64,000 nucleotides of DNA from Mobula hypostoma (GCF_963921235.1 NC_086097.1:72914001-72978000); one strand, 5' to 3'; positions 13,074 to 25,702 are shown, counted from the first letter of the stretch. Numbers and translations: made by a program. The notes: generated from the sequence alone by a model not told the origin.

Positions 13074-14550
13074 ATTTGCAGGGGGCAGGGATCCCGAATG
13101 TGAGAGAGGATAGCGAGAAGAAGTATAAAGGACAGGTGGGAACTACATGGTTCCGGAATATTAAGTGTGAAGTAGAGAAAGGTGAGGCGGAGAGAGTGAT
13201 AAGGAGGATACATGTGCAGAGGGATGGTCTGACGGAGCATGGAGTTAAATGTGCAGAAAGAGTAAGTAAATTTAAGAAGGACAACAAAATTCAAGGGGCG
13301 TACAGCCCGGTGAGAGTTCGGGGAGCTGGGTTATGCACAATAGGCAGCGATTTAAACAGAGAGAGGAGAAATGGGTTAAAAATTCTATATCTGAATGCAG
13401 GAAGCGTCAGAAATAAGGCGGATGAGCTTGAAGCTCAGGTGCGAATGGGTAACTATGATGTTGTTGGGATAATGGAGACATGGCTGCAGGAGGATCAGAC
13501 CTGGGAATTGAATGTACAAGGGTATACGTGCTATCGAAGGGACAGAAATGTGGGCAGAGGGGGTGGGTTGGCCCTGTTGGTGAGGAGTGAGATTCAGTCC
13601 CTTGCAAGGGGGGACATGGAATCAGGAGAAGTAGAATCAGTGTGGATAGAACTGAGGAACAGTAAGGGCAAAAAGACCCTAATAGGTGTTATCTACAGGC
13701 CCCCAAACAGTAGCATGGATATTGGGTGCAAGTTGAATAGGGAGTTAACAATGGCATGTGGCAAAGGAAATGTGGCAGTAGTTATGGGGGATTTCAACAT
13801 GCAGGTGAACTGGGAAAATCAGGTTGGTACTGAACCCCAGGATAGGGAGTTTGTAGAGTGCCTACAGGATGCATTTTTGGATTTTTGGAGCAGCTTGTAC
13901 GAGAGCCGACCAGGGATAAGGCTATTCTGGATTTAGTGTTGTGCAATGAACAGGATTTGATAAGTGATCTTGAAGTAAAGGAGCTATTAGGAGGTAGTGA
14001 CAATAATATGATAAGTTTTTATCTGCAAGTTGAGAGGGATAAGGGCAGATCAGAAGTGTCAGTATTGCAGTTGAACAAAGGAGACTATGGAGCCATGAGG
14101 GAGGAGCTGGCCAAAGTTGACTGGTCAGATATCCTAGCAGAAAAGACAGTGGAAAAGCAATGGCAGGTATTCTTGGGAATAATGCAGAAGGTACAAAATC
14201 AGTTCATCCCCCGGAGAAGGAAGGATTCAAAGGGGGGAAAGTGGCCACAGTGGTTGACAAGGGAAGTCAGAGATAGCATAGCATTAAAAAAGAAGTATAA
14301 CAGAGCTAAGGTGAGTGGGAAGACGGATGATTGGGAAATTTTTAAGGAGCAACAGAACTTAACTAAAAAGGCAATACGGGGAGAAAAAATGAGGTATGAA
14401 CGCGAGCTAGCTAGAAATATAAAGGAGGATAATAAAAGTTTTTTTAGGTATGTGAAGAGAAAGAAGATAGTTAAGAACAATGTTGGGCCCTTGAAGAATG
14501 AATTGGGAGAAATTGTTATGGGAAACAGAGAAATGGCAGACGAATTTAAT

Positions 14551-14951
14551 TTTCCACTAATGCCCCACCTCCACCTCGTACCCCATCTGTTACTTATTTT
14601 TATACACACATTCTTTCTCTCACTCTCCTTTTTCTCCCTCTGTCCCTCTGAATATACCCCTTGCCCATCCTCTGGGTTCCCCTCCTTGTCTTTCTTCCCG
14701 GACCTCCTGTCCCATGATCCTCTCGTATCCCTTTTGCCTATCACCTGTCCAGCTCTTGGCTCCATCCCTCCCCCTTCTGTCTTCTCCTATCATTTTGGAT
14801 CTCCCCCTCCCCCTCCAACTTTCAAATCCCTTACTCACTCTTCCTTCAGTTAGTCCTGATGAAGGGTCTCGGCCTGAAACGTCGACTGCACCTCTTCCTA
14901 GATATGCTGCCTGGCCTGCTGCATTCACCAGCAACTTTTATGTGTGTTGTT
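14551..14951 (+). mobile_element. Penelope-like element 3' fragment/pLTR inserted in CR1 ORF2
   Basis: 13-bp TSD aga(c/t)gaatttaat at 14538-14550 and 14952-14964; pyrimidine-rich body ending in a hammerhead core and gctgcctggcctgctg. Confidence 0.85.
14851..14888 (+). ncRNA. Minimal type I hammerhead ribozyme motif
   Basis: uAGUC-CUGAUGA-A-GGGU(CUCG)GCCU-GAAA-CG-UC/GACUg: both catalytic boxes intact, stem I AGUC/GACU, helix III reduced to palindromic ACGU; predicted cleavage after C14883. Confidence 0.75.
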
Positions 14952-16779
14952 AGATGAATTTAATAAGTACTTTGGATCTGTCTTCACTAGGGAAGACACA
15001 AGCAATCTCCCAGATGTATGGATGGGCCAAGGACATAGGGTAACAGTGGAAATGAAACAGATTGACATTAGGAAGGAAACGGTGATGAGTAGACTGATGG
15101 GACTGAAGGCTAACAAATCCCCAGGACCAGATGGTCTGCATCCTAGGGTACTAAAGGAGGTGGCTCTGGAAATTGTGGATGCATTGGTGATCATTTTCCA
15201 ATGTTCCTTAGATTCAGGATCAGTTCCTGAGGATTGGCGAATGGCTAATGTTATCCCACTTTTTAAGAAAGGAGGGAGGGAGAAAACAGAGAACTATCAC
15301 CCTGTTAGCCTAACATCAGTAGTGGGGAAGATGCTAGAGTCCATTATTAAAGATGAAATAGCGGCATATCTTGATAGCAGTGATAGGATTGGGCCGAGCC
15401 AGCATGGATTTACCAAGGGAAAATCATGCTTGACTAATCTATCAGAGTTTTTCGAGGATGTAACCAGGAAGATAGACATGGGAGATCCAATGGATGTGGT
15501 GTACCTTGACTTTCAGAAGGCATTCGATAAGGTACCACATAAGAGATTGGTGGGTAAAATCAGAGCTCATGGCATTGCGGGGAGGATATTGACATGGACA
15601 GAAAACTGGCTGGCAGATAGAAAGCAAAGGGTAGCAGTGAATGGGTGTTTCTCGGAATGGCAGGTGGTGACTAGTGGGGTGCCACAGGGCTCGGTATTGG
15701 GACCACAGCTGTTTACGATTTAAGTCAATGATTTAGAGGACGGCATTGTGAATAACATCAGCAAGTTTGCTGATGATTCTAAGCTGGGTGGCAGTGTGAC
15801 ATGTGATGAGGATGTTAGGAGAATTCAAGGTGACTTGGATAGGCTGGGTGAGTGGGCAAAAACTTGGCAGATGGCGTTTAATGTGAATAAATGTGAGGTT
15901 ATTCACTTTGGGAGCAAGAACAGGAAGGCAGATTATTATCTGAACGGTGTGGAGTTAGGTAAGGGAGAAATACAAAGAGATCTAGGAGTACTTGTTCATC
16001 AGTCTCTGAAGGTGAATGAGCAAGTGCAGCAGGCAATGAAGAAGGCTAATGGAATGTTGGCCTTTATTACAAAGGGAATTGAGTACAAGAGCAAGGAAAT
16101 CCTTTTGCATTTGTACAGGGCCCTGGTGAGACCACACCTGGAGTATTGTGTGCAGTTTTGGTCTCCAGGGTTAAGGAAGGACATCCTGGCTGTGGAGGAG
16201 GTGCAGCGTAGGTTCACTAGGTTAATTCCTGGGATGTCCGGACTGTCTTACGCAGAGAGGTTAGAGAGACTGAGCTTGTACACGCTGGAATTAAGGAGAT
16301 TGAGGGGGAATCTGATTGAGACATATAAGATTACTAAGGGATTGGACAAGATAGAGGTAGGAAATATATTCCAGATGCTGGGAGAGTCCAGTACCAGAGG
16401 GCATGGTTTAAGAATAAGGGGTAGGCCATTTAGGACAGAGTTGAGGAGTAACTTCTTCTCCCAGAGAGTTGTGGAGGTGTGGAACGCGCTGCCTCAGAAG
16501 GCAGTTGAGGCCAATTCTCTGGATGCTTTCAAGAAGGAGCTAGATAGGTATTTTATAGATAGAGGAATCAAGGGTTATGGGGACAAGGCAGGAACCGGGT
16601 ATTGATAGTAGATGATCAGCCATGATCTCAGAATGGCGGTGCAGGCTCGAAGGGCCGAATGGTCTACTTCTGCACCTATTATCTATTGTCTATTGTCTAA
16701 ATATTAATTGAATGGGGTAGCGACAGATTTAAAAAGTATCAGGGGCTTTGGGACTTTCTGATCTTTCTCGAGATCACTT

Positions 16780-18480
16780 GGGTTATTAAGCAATTGCCAA
16801 GGGCCAATAAAAAGAAGTTAGGTTTAATTGGAGCAGCCACTGTTGTAGTGGATAGAGTTAGAGTAGGGAAATGAGGCTTTGGCAAGAAGAGACTGAGGCT
16901 GGGTTGAGGTTTCTGTCAAATTTCTGATTCTTTCATTTTTAGCACGTAGCTAAAGTACTGAGATTGGAATCCAGAGCAGTGGTGTGTTCCTCTTGAGAGA
17001 TGTGATTGGCCTGGGGAAATTCCATTCTCCCTGATTGCTACATCTACAAGAAATGCACTTGAGTGCAGCTCCTTACTGACCATGTTAGGGAGCTGGAGCT
17101 GGATGACCTACAGATCATTTGGGAGAATGTGGAGTTGATAGACAGGAGTACAAAGACGCAGTCACAACTTACATTGCAGGAGGCAGGTAGCTCAGTGACT
17201 GTCCGGAGAAGGAAAGGAAATAAACAGAAAGTGCAGAGTAACCTAGGGACCATTCCCCTCAATAAGAAGTATACCACTTTGGATAGTGTTGGGGAGAACA
17301 ACGTAAAAGGGGAAAGCCTCAGCGACTAGGTCTCAGGCACTGAGTCTGTCTCCTGTTGCTCAGAATTGAAGAGGGAAGAAGAGGAGAGTGGTGGTGATAG
17401 GGAATTCAGCATAGTTTGTAGAACAAACAGGAGAACCTATGGACGTGAAAGACATTTCTGGATGGTATGTTGCCTTCCACGTGCTGGGGTCAGGGTCATT
17501 TCAGATCAGGTCCACAACATTCTTAAGAGGGTGAGGGAACAGACATAGATTGGCACCAATGATATAGGTAGGAAAAAAGATAAGGTACTAAGGAGCACAT
17601 ATTGGGACCTAGGTAGGAAGCTGAAAAGTAGGATACCAAGGGTCACCATCTCTGGGTTGCTGCTTGTATCATATGCCAGTGAGCATAAGTAGAGCTACCA
17701 GGACTTGATGTTTCAATCCCTATGGTAAGTCGGCACTCTCAATGTTGGCAGTGGGCTTGGAGTGGTGACAAGGAGGGTAGATACATCATCGGGGTCATCA
17801 GGTGGGCACCCTCCTTCTTTGATGTTTCGTTGATAAGCCCACGACATCTCCAGAGGGCTCAACGGTGCTACCTGGCATCCCAGATACACCCCCCTCAGTT
17901 CCATACCCTCCTGTCTTCATCTTGCAGCCCAGTTGTTGTCTTTCCTTTTAATCCAAATCCAGTTGCTGCTTTCTTCTGCTGCGTTTGACAAGGACTTGAT
18001 TGCTTGTTGGAGGGAGTGACCCCTCACCCCCATCTTCTTCAATAGACTGGTTGTAGATGTAGCAACGAATCCCCTGCATCCCACTTCTACAGGGAAAGAA
18101 TAGGATGATATGGCAGATGAACGTGCAAAATTGAAAAATTGCTGCAGGGAGCAGGTATCAGATTTGTGGATCAATAGAATCTCACCTGGGGAACGGATGA
18201 CCTGTACAAAAGGGATGTGTTGCACCTGAAATCAAGGGGAACCAATATCCTTGCAGTTAGATTGGCTGGAACTGTTAGGGAGGGTTTCAATCAGTTTGGC
18301 AGGGGAATGTGAATCAGGGTAATAGGTTAAAGGTTGGGGCAGCTAGTGTACAGGTAGATGCAACATGTAGAGATTGTGAGGAAGGAGAGGCAGTGGATAA
18401 AGCATAATTACAATCAGTTGGTTGGGTTGAAATGTGTCTACTCTAATGCAAAGGTTTCAGGGACATGTGTTGGCCAGACA
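16780..18480 (+). mobile_element. Old CR1 5' half (decayed ORF1 to start of endonuclease), interrupted by HERO
   Basis: QLLTDHVRELELDDLQII, IPLNKKYTTLDSVG and WMVCCLPRAGVR are homologous to ORF1 at 12132. Confidence 0.85.
17690..18096 (-). mobile_element. HERO-like (restriction-like endonuclease) non-LTR retrotransposon 3' fragment
   Basis: FPVEVGCRGFVATSTTSLLKKMGVRG...LSNAAEESSNWIWIKRKD ending in a stop at 17917, then about 230 nt of 3' UTR; the host CR1 rejoins as gagcataag|aataggatg. Confidence 0.8.
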
Positions 18481-19748
18481 ATTCCCTACAGTTTCGTAGA
18501 TTTGCTCTTGAACATCTAACATGCCATTTACTTTATCATGTTTTGTCACTGTCAAAGGCAGCTCCATAGAGGTAGTAGTAAAGTATGTAAACACAGCCTG
18601 TTTCTGGCCAAAGAGGTTTAGAAAAGCATTGTATGTGGTGAGATTTCACTGCCATTTGAAAATTAAAGAATAACCTCATGCTTTGTGCTCCTACACACTC
18701 AGCCTTAAGTGAATTATATCTCTTCTGGACAAAAAAGCACGGTTCAAAGGCTACCGTTATTCTGCATTTTGGCAGCCACCACTGTTTCTCCTTTTTCAGT
18801 ACACATGGTATAATGATAAAGACAGCTTCTCAATGTGATAAACTGTAATTCATAACAACGTAACTCCAAATATAATATGTGGAATTAAATCGCAAAATCA
18901 CAAAATTTGAATTTTGTCCTGTATTTTTATATTGAAATGAGCTGTTTGCAGCAGTCCAGGTATAATCAATCTGATGTTTCATGAAAATTTCCTTAACTTC
19001 TCTATGTTTTTACTTTTCCCCTCTGTATATGAGTTTCTAGTTTAGATTTATCCTGCTCTTATTGACCTTCATGGTTCTTTTATGATTGGTGCATCTGTAT
19101 TATGTCTTATGCTCCTCTACCCCAATTAGACATATTACTCAAGAATTACAGGGCTGTTTTAAATCATCCACACCCTGCATCAACACGTTGATGTCATGTG
19201 GAGGCGTGCGTGCTTCAGGAGCTCCAAAAGGCGATGACGACTTAGGGCCACCCATGTTGGAACAGCTGTGGACGAGATGCCAGACGAAGATTGATCCAGC
19301 TCTGGCTCCTGAACAGACTCTTGTCTGCCCCTCCTGGGCCAAGCCATACGAAACAACAAAAAATTACCCACATGCATACCCATCTATATTAAAGTAAATT
19401 TGTCAGTGTGGCTTTCTTTTATTTGGAAGTTGAAACCTCTCAGACTTTAGCGTTCCCTAATTATTCTCTGGAATGTCAACCCAGATTATGTTTCCAAGTC
19501 TTCATTCAATCTACAACCACCCAACTCAGAAGTGCAGTGTGACCATTGAATTATGGTGAAATAAAAAGATTGGATATGGCAGACTTCACATAAACCATTC
19601 GCTGGGCTCAGTTCCCACTGCAGATTAGAAATTACACTCCATGTATAATCAAACACTGTTGTCTTCTTCCATAAGTGTAAGTGCAAGCAAGTGGAAATAA
19701 AATGAAAAGCAGCAAAAGGGTAATAAAATCAGGAAAGGGTAATAAAAA

Positions 19749-22700
19749 CCGGTTTTCTGCTCTGGGTGTCAGATGTAGGATATCGGGGAGACTTCCAGCC
19801 TCCCTGATAGCCACATCTGCACCAGGTGCATTGAGCTGCAGCTCCTTAGAGACCGAGTTAGGGAACTGGAGCTGCAGCTCGATGACCTTCAGCTTGTTAG
19901 GGACAGTGAGGAGGTGATAGATAGGAGCTACAAGCAGGTGGTCACAATGAGGCCACAGAAGACAGATAAGTGGGTGACTGGCAGGAGAGGGAAAGGAGAG
20001 TGTCAGGTAGTGGAGAGCTTCCCTATGGCCAACCCCCTTAACTATAAGTACTCCATATTGAGTACTGTTGGGGGGGGGGACCTACTTGGGGGAAGCAACA
20101 GTGGCTGTGCCTCTGGCACTGAATCTGTTCCTGTGGCTCAGAAGAGTAGGGAAAGGAAAAGGATGGCAGCAATAATAGGGGACTCTGTAGTTAGGGGGAC
20201 AGATAGGCCATTCTGTAGGCACGAAAAAGAAACACAGATGGTAGTTTGCCTCCCAAATGCCAGGGTTTCTGATGTTTTTGAATATGTCCACAATATCTTT
20301 AAATGGGAAGGTCAGTAGCCAGAGGTCATGGTAGATATTGGTACCAATGACATAGGTAGAAAAAGGGAGGAGGCCCTGAAAACAGAATATAGAGAGTTAG
20401 AAAGGATGCTGAGAAGCAGAACCTCGAGGGTAGTAATCTCAGGATTGCTGCCTGTGCCATGCCACAGTGAGGATAGGAATAGAATGAGGTAGATGATAAA
20501 TACATGGCTGAAGAACTGGAGCAGGGGGCAGGGATTCAGATTCCTAGATCATTGGGACTTCTTCTGGGACAGGTGAAACCTGTACGAAAAGGACTGGTTG
20601 AACTTGAATCCGAGGGGGACCAATATCCTGGCGGGGAGGTTTGCTAATGCTATTGGGGAGGGTTTAAACAAGATTTGCAGGGGGGTGAAAACCAAAGTGA
20701 TGAGGCAGAGGATGGGGCAGTTGGCGCACAAGTACAGACAGCTTGTAGGATAGGCTGATGATAGAGCAAAGACGCACTCAGCCAGATGGTTTGAAGATGT
20801 GTCTATTTTAATGCAGGGAGTACCATAAACAAGGTGGATGAACTTCGAGTGTGGATCAATACCTGGAACTATGCCGTTGTGGCCATTACAGACACTTGGA
20901 TGTCTCAGGGGCAGGAAGGGTTGCTGAGTGCGCCAGGCTTTAGATGTTTCAAGAAGGACAGGGAGGGAGGCAAAAGAAGTGGGGGTGTGGCATTGCTAAT
21001 TAGGGATAGTGTCACGGCTGCAGAAAGGAAGGAAGTCAGGGAGGGATTATCTATTGAGCCAGTATGGGTGGAGGTCAGAAACAGGAAGGGGGCAATAACT
21101 CCACTGGGTGCTTTTTATAGACACCCCTCCCAGTAATAACAGAGACATTGAGGAGCAGTTAGGGGGCAGATTCTGTAAAGGTGCAATAATAATAACTGTT
21201 GTTGAGATGGGTGATTTTAACTTTCCTAATATTGATTGGTATCTCCTTAGCGCAAGGGATTTAGGTCGGGTGGAGTTTGTTAGGTGTGTTCAGGAAGGTT
21301 TCCTGATGCAATATATAGATAAACCAACTAGAGGAGAGGCTGTACTTGATCTGGTATTGGGAGATGAACCTGGTCAGGTGTCAGATCTCTTGGTGGGAGA
21401 GCATTTTGGAGGTAGTGACCACACCTCTATCTCCTTCACCATTGTGCTGGAGAGGATAGAAGCAGACAATTTGGTAAAACATTTAATTGGGGTAGTGGGA
21501 AATATGATGCTATTAGGCAGGAACTTGGGAGCATAAATTGGGAGCAGATGTTCTCAGGGAAATGCACATCAGAAATGTGGCAAATGTTCAGGAAACATTT
21601 GCATGGCTTTCTGCATAGGTATCTTCCATTGAGCAGAGAAAGGATGATAGGGTAAAAGAACTGTGGTGCACAAAGGATGTAGAAAATTTAGTTAAGAAGA
21701 AAAGAAAAAACTTACGAAAGGTTCAAGAAACTAGGTACTGATAGAGCTCTAGAAAATTACAGGTTTGCCAGGAAGGACCTTAAGAATGAAATTAGGAAAG
21801 CTAGAAGGGGGCATGAGAAGGCCTTGGTGAGGTTTTCTACAAGTATGTGAAGAGCAAGAGGATAAACTGTGTGAGAATAGGACCAATCAGCAGCAAGAGT
21901 GGAAACACGTGCATGGTGCCGGAGGAGGTAGCGGAGGTACTTAATGAATACTTTGGTTCAATATTCAGGGAAAAGGACCTTGGTGATTCTAGGGATGACT
22001 TACAGCAGATTGAAATGCTTGAGCATATAGGCATTAATAAAGAGGATGTACTGGAGCTTTTGAAAAGCATTAAGTTAGATAAGTCACTGAGACCGGATGA
22101 GACATACCCCAGGCTACTGTGGAAAGTGAGGGAAGAGATTGCTGAGCGTCTGGTGATGATATTTGCATCATCAATAGGGACGGGAGAAATACTGGAGGAT
22201 TAGAGTGTTGAAAATGTTGCTTCGTTATTCAAGAAAGGGAGTAGAGATAACCCAGGAAATGAGGAACCAGTGACTCTTACTTCAGTGGTGGGCAGTTTGT
22301 TGAGAGGCGTGGATTTTTGAGCATTTGGAGAGACATAATCTGGTTAGAGTTAGACAGGGATGCGTTGCCTCACCGGAATTGTTTACTATCCATAGTGAAA
22401 TGATTCTCAGAGAAATAGAAGACCTAGATGGGATAAAAATTGGAGGTGTTAACATCAACAATACAAGATATACAGATGATACCACCCTAATAGCAAGTGC
22501 TGCAGAAGATTACAAGTCCTCCTAGACAAAGTAGTACAAACAAGTGCAGATTTTGGTCCAACCGTCAACTGTAAAAGAATCCAAATATATGGTAATATCA
22601 AAACAGCAGAATACTCCCAACTGCCAATTGTACATCGGTAACCAAGAGATTGAACAAAAGACCAGCTTTAATTACCTTGGTAGCTTTGTATCACAAGATG

Positions 22701-24550
22701 CTAGAAGTAAAGTAGAAATAAAAGAAGAATTGCCATTGCCAAAACCAACTTCCAAAAATTAAACCCATTTTTACCAACAGACACATTTCTATGACAACAA
22801 GTCTTAGGCTACTAAAATGTTACATCTGGTCAATCCTGCTGTATGCTTCCAAAACATGGACTATAACACCAGAACTCCAAAGAAACTTAGAAGCAACAGA
22901 AATGTGGTTTCTTAGAAGAATGCTGAAAATATCATATCGAGACAGAGTAACTAATGAGAGAGTACTCCAACGTGCCCATACAAAAAGATCTTTAATGAGA
23001 ACATTAAATAAGAGGAAACTTAAATTTCTGGGCCACATCATCAGAAAGGGAGAAATAGAATGCCTTACATTACAAGGCCGTATGCCTGAGAAACGCAGAA
23101 GAGGAAGGCAAAGAAGAAAATATATGGACACGGTGAAAGAACTAACAGATCTAAGTGTGCGAGATATCACTGACGCTGCATGGGATTGTTCGATGTAGAA
23201 AGCCATGATCACCCAAGCGTGTAACGCACAAGGAACATGAAGAAGAAGAATCTGATTAGGGATAGTCAGCATGGCTTTGTCAAGAGCAGGTTGTGCCTTA
23301 CGAGCCTGATTCAATTCTTTGAGGATGTAACAAACACATTGATGAAGGTAGAGCAGTGGATGTAGTGTATATGGATTTCAGTAAAGCATTTGACAAGATT
23401 CCCCATGCAAGGCTCCTTCAGAAAGTAAGGAAGCATGGGATCCAAGGAGACCTTGCTTTGTTGATCCAGAATTGGCTTGCCCACAGAAGGCAAAGAGTGG
23501 TTGTAGACGGTTCGTATTCTGCATGGAGAACAGTGACCAGTGGTGTTCCAAAGGGATCTGTTCTGGGATCCCTCCTCTTTGTGATTTTTATAAATGACCT
23601 GGATGAAGAAGTAGAAGGGAGGGTGAGTAAGTTTGCTGATGACACTGAGGCCGGAGGTGTTGTGGATATTCTGGAGGGGTGCCAGAGGTTACAGCGGGAT
23701 ATCGATAGGGTGCAGAATTGGGCTGAGAAGTGGCAGATGGAGTTCAACCCAGATAAATGTGAAGTGGTTTATTTTGGAAGGTCAAATTTGAAGACAGAAT
23801 ATGGTATTAATGGTAAGACTATTGGCAGTGTGGAGGATCACAGAGATCTTGGTGTCCGTGTCCATAGGACACTCAAAGCTGCTGTGCAGGTTGACACTGT
23901 TGTTAAGAAGGCGTGTGGTGTGTAGACATTCATCAATTGTGGTATAGAGTTCAAGAGCCGTGAGGTAATGTTGCAGTTATATAAGATCTTGGTCTGACCC
24001 TACTTGGAGTACTGTGTACAGTTCTGGTCAGCCCACTACCGGAAGGATGTGGATACTAAGAAAGATTGCAGAGGAGATTTACAAGGATGTTGCCTAGATT
24101 GGGGAGCATGCTTTATGAGAAAAGGTTGAGTGAACTTGGCCTTTTCTCCTTGGAGTGACACAGGATGAGAGGTGATTTGTTAGAGGTATATAAGATGATG
24201 AGAGGCATTGATCATGTGGATAGTCAGAGGCTTTTTCCCAGGGCTGAAATGGCTAAAATGAGGGGGAATAGTTTTAAGGTGCTTGGAAGCAGGTACAGAG
24301 GGGATGTCAGGGGTAAGTTTTTCACACAGTGAGTGGTGGGTGTCTGGAATGCACTGCCAGCAATGGTGGTAGAAGTGGATACAATAGGGTCTTTTAAGTG
24401 ACTCTTAGGTAGGTACATGGAGCTTAGAAAAGTAGAGGGCTATGCGGTAGGGAAAATTGAGGCAGTGTCTAGAGTAGGTTACATGGCCGACACAACATTG
24501 TGGGCTGAAAGGCCTGTAATGTGCTGTAGTTTTCTAAGTTCTATGTTCTA
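19749..24550 (+). mobile_element. CR1 LINE, nearly complete but decayed, with nested RTE
   Basis: ORF1 remnants (GDSVVRG), APE (MGDFNFP, GGSDH), RT (MDFSKAFDKIPH, FADD) and tail ttctatgttcta. Confidence 0.93.
22348..23248 (+). mobile_element. RTE-clade LINE, 5'-truncated (about 0.9 kb)
   Basis: VRQGCVASPELF...NINNTRYTDDTTLIA, CYIWSILLYASKTW, LKFLGHIIRK, RRRGRQR; (AAG)n tail; 11-bp TSD aatctg(g/a)ttag at 22337-22347 and 23249-23259. Confidence 0.9.
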
Positions 24551-25229
24551 AAATATTGGAAGTGTAGCGTCAATCAAACGGTATAAGTAAAATGAAAGGG
24601 TAGGTTATGGTGTGAGTCACATATTACTATCTTCACTGAAATATTACTACACTGGACTTTTTGACACATGTAATGACTAATAACATGAAAGTTAGAATGG
24701 TGATCACTAATAGATTAAGGCAGACATCTTGTTAAAGTTCAGAATTCTAATGGCATGTACAACTATGTGGTTTTGTTTGTGGCAATAATTTATTTCTACC
24801 TGTTTAACTCAGAACATGATAAATTATGCTGCTGGCATTCTGTTCAAAATGTGATTGTTTTTGTTAAAAAATAAGTATCACAATAGCAATATAACAATTA
24901 CCTTTCACATGTGAGATTTAAATTTAATCCTATATGATCATTTTCTGTTTACAGGCTGTCAGGCTGATGCATGGGTTTTGTTTTATCTGACAGCAAAGCT
25001 AGAATTAGTGGTGAAGGAACACAGTAACAGCCAATAAGTCATCGCGTAATCTCCAGTATGCTATCAATAACAAAACCATGGTAAAGACGAGCTCTGAAAG
25101 TTACTTGAACATCCAAACATCATCATAATTACATACAACGTTAATTGAAAAAACTGAGGGTCAGAATTAAAGCAACAAATTACGTTTTGAAACATTTTGA
25201 AGATGACATGGAAACCAATGTGCCTTGCA

Positions 25230-25600
25230 AAGAATTGATTAGAAGTAAGTGAACCAAAGGAGCAAATTTTAGGAGAGGTTTTCCAAAGCCTGGTGAAGCA
25301 CATGGATTTTCAGAGCCCTTACAGGAGAAAGTAAAAGGGCTTAGAATGGAAATTTCACAACAGCGGCTGAAGTAGTTGTATTTGCAGTCAGTTGGAGAGA
25401 TATGAAAGGAAGAGCAAGAAGAGTGGGGAGTTTGGGGAAACCTGGTGTGGAGGTCTTGTAGAGAAGGTTCAGAGCGCGCACAAGTGATGTAAGCATGAAG
25501 TTGAGAAAGGTAAATCTAAGATTAAGGTGAATTGTGAGCCCAGACAAATCAGCATGAACAAGTGATTGGTGACCAGAATGTATGGAAGAACCACCCGGCA
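25230..25600 (-). mobile_element. Decayed L2-like LINE fragment (similar material at about 26390-26760)
   Basis: Minus translation HSGHQSLVHADLSGLTIHLNLRF resembles the L2 HITPVLADLHWL..R..F motif. Confidence 0.4.
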
Positions 25601-25609
25601 CGGAGTAAC

Positions 25610-25702
25610 TTGTACGAAATGATACAGGAATTCAGAAGGTCAGGCAGCATCCAGTAGAGGAATAAATACTTGACATTTCAGGCTGAGACCCTTCTTCAGA
25701 AC
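25610..25702 (-). mobile_element. Penelope-like pLTR fragment with hammerhead core
   Basis: Minus strand ctgaaga-agggtctcagcct-gaaa-tg-tc...gatgctgcctgacc. Confidence 0.7.

Larger units (their letters stand above)
13064..16605 (+). pseudogene. CR1 ORF2 (APE endonuclease plus reverse transcriptase), inactivated
   Basis: LNAGSVRNK, ETWL, YRPP, GDFN, LDFQKAFDKVPH, GVPQGS, FADD; lesions: 8-bp duplication atttttgg near 13872-13888, Penelope insertion 14551-14951, premature TAA at 15721. Confidence 0.93.
11752..16698 (+). mobile_element. Near full-length, young CR1 LINE (5' UTR, ORF1, disrupted ORF2, 3' UTR)
   Basis: CpG-rich 5' UTR, intact ORF1, APE plus RT ORF2, tail ctattatctattgtctattgtcta; 5' boundary approximate. 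Confidence 0.95.

Noticed and set aside
13858..14853. 331-aa ORF with a novel hydrophobic/Pro-rich C-terminus
   Set aside because: CR1 ORF2 reading into the pyrimidine-rich Penelope insertion; a chance fusion
17790..17860. GAAAC...CUGAUGA motifs in the HERO 3' UTR (minus strand) suggesting a type II hammerhead
   Set aside because: The bases flanking the two boxes do not pair to form stems I and II
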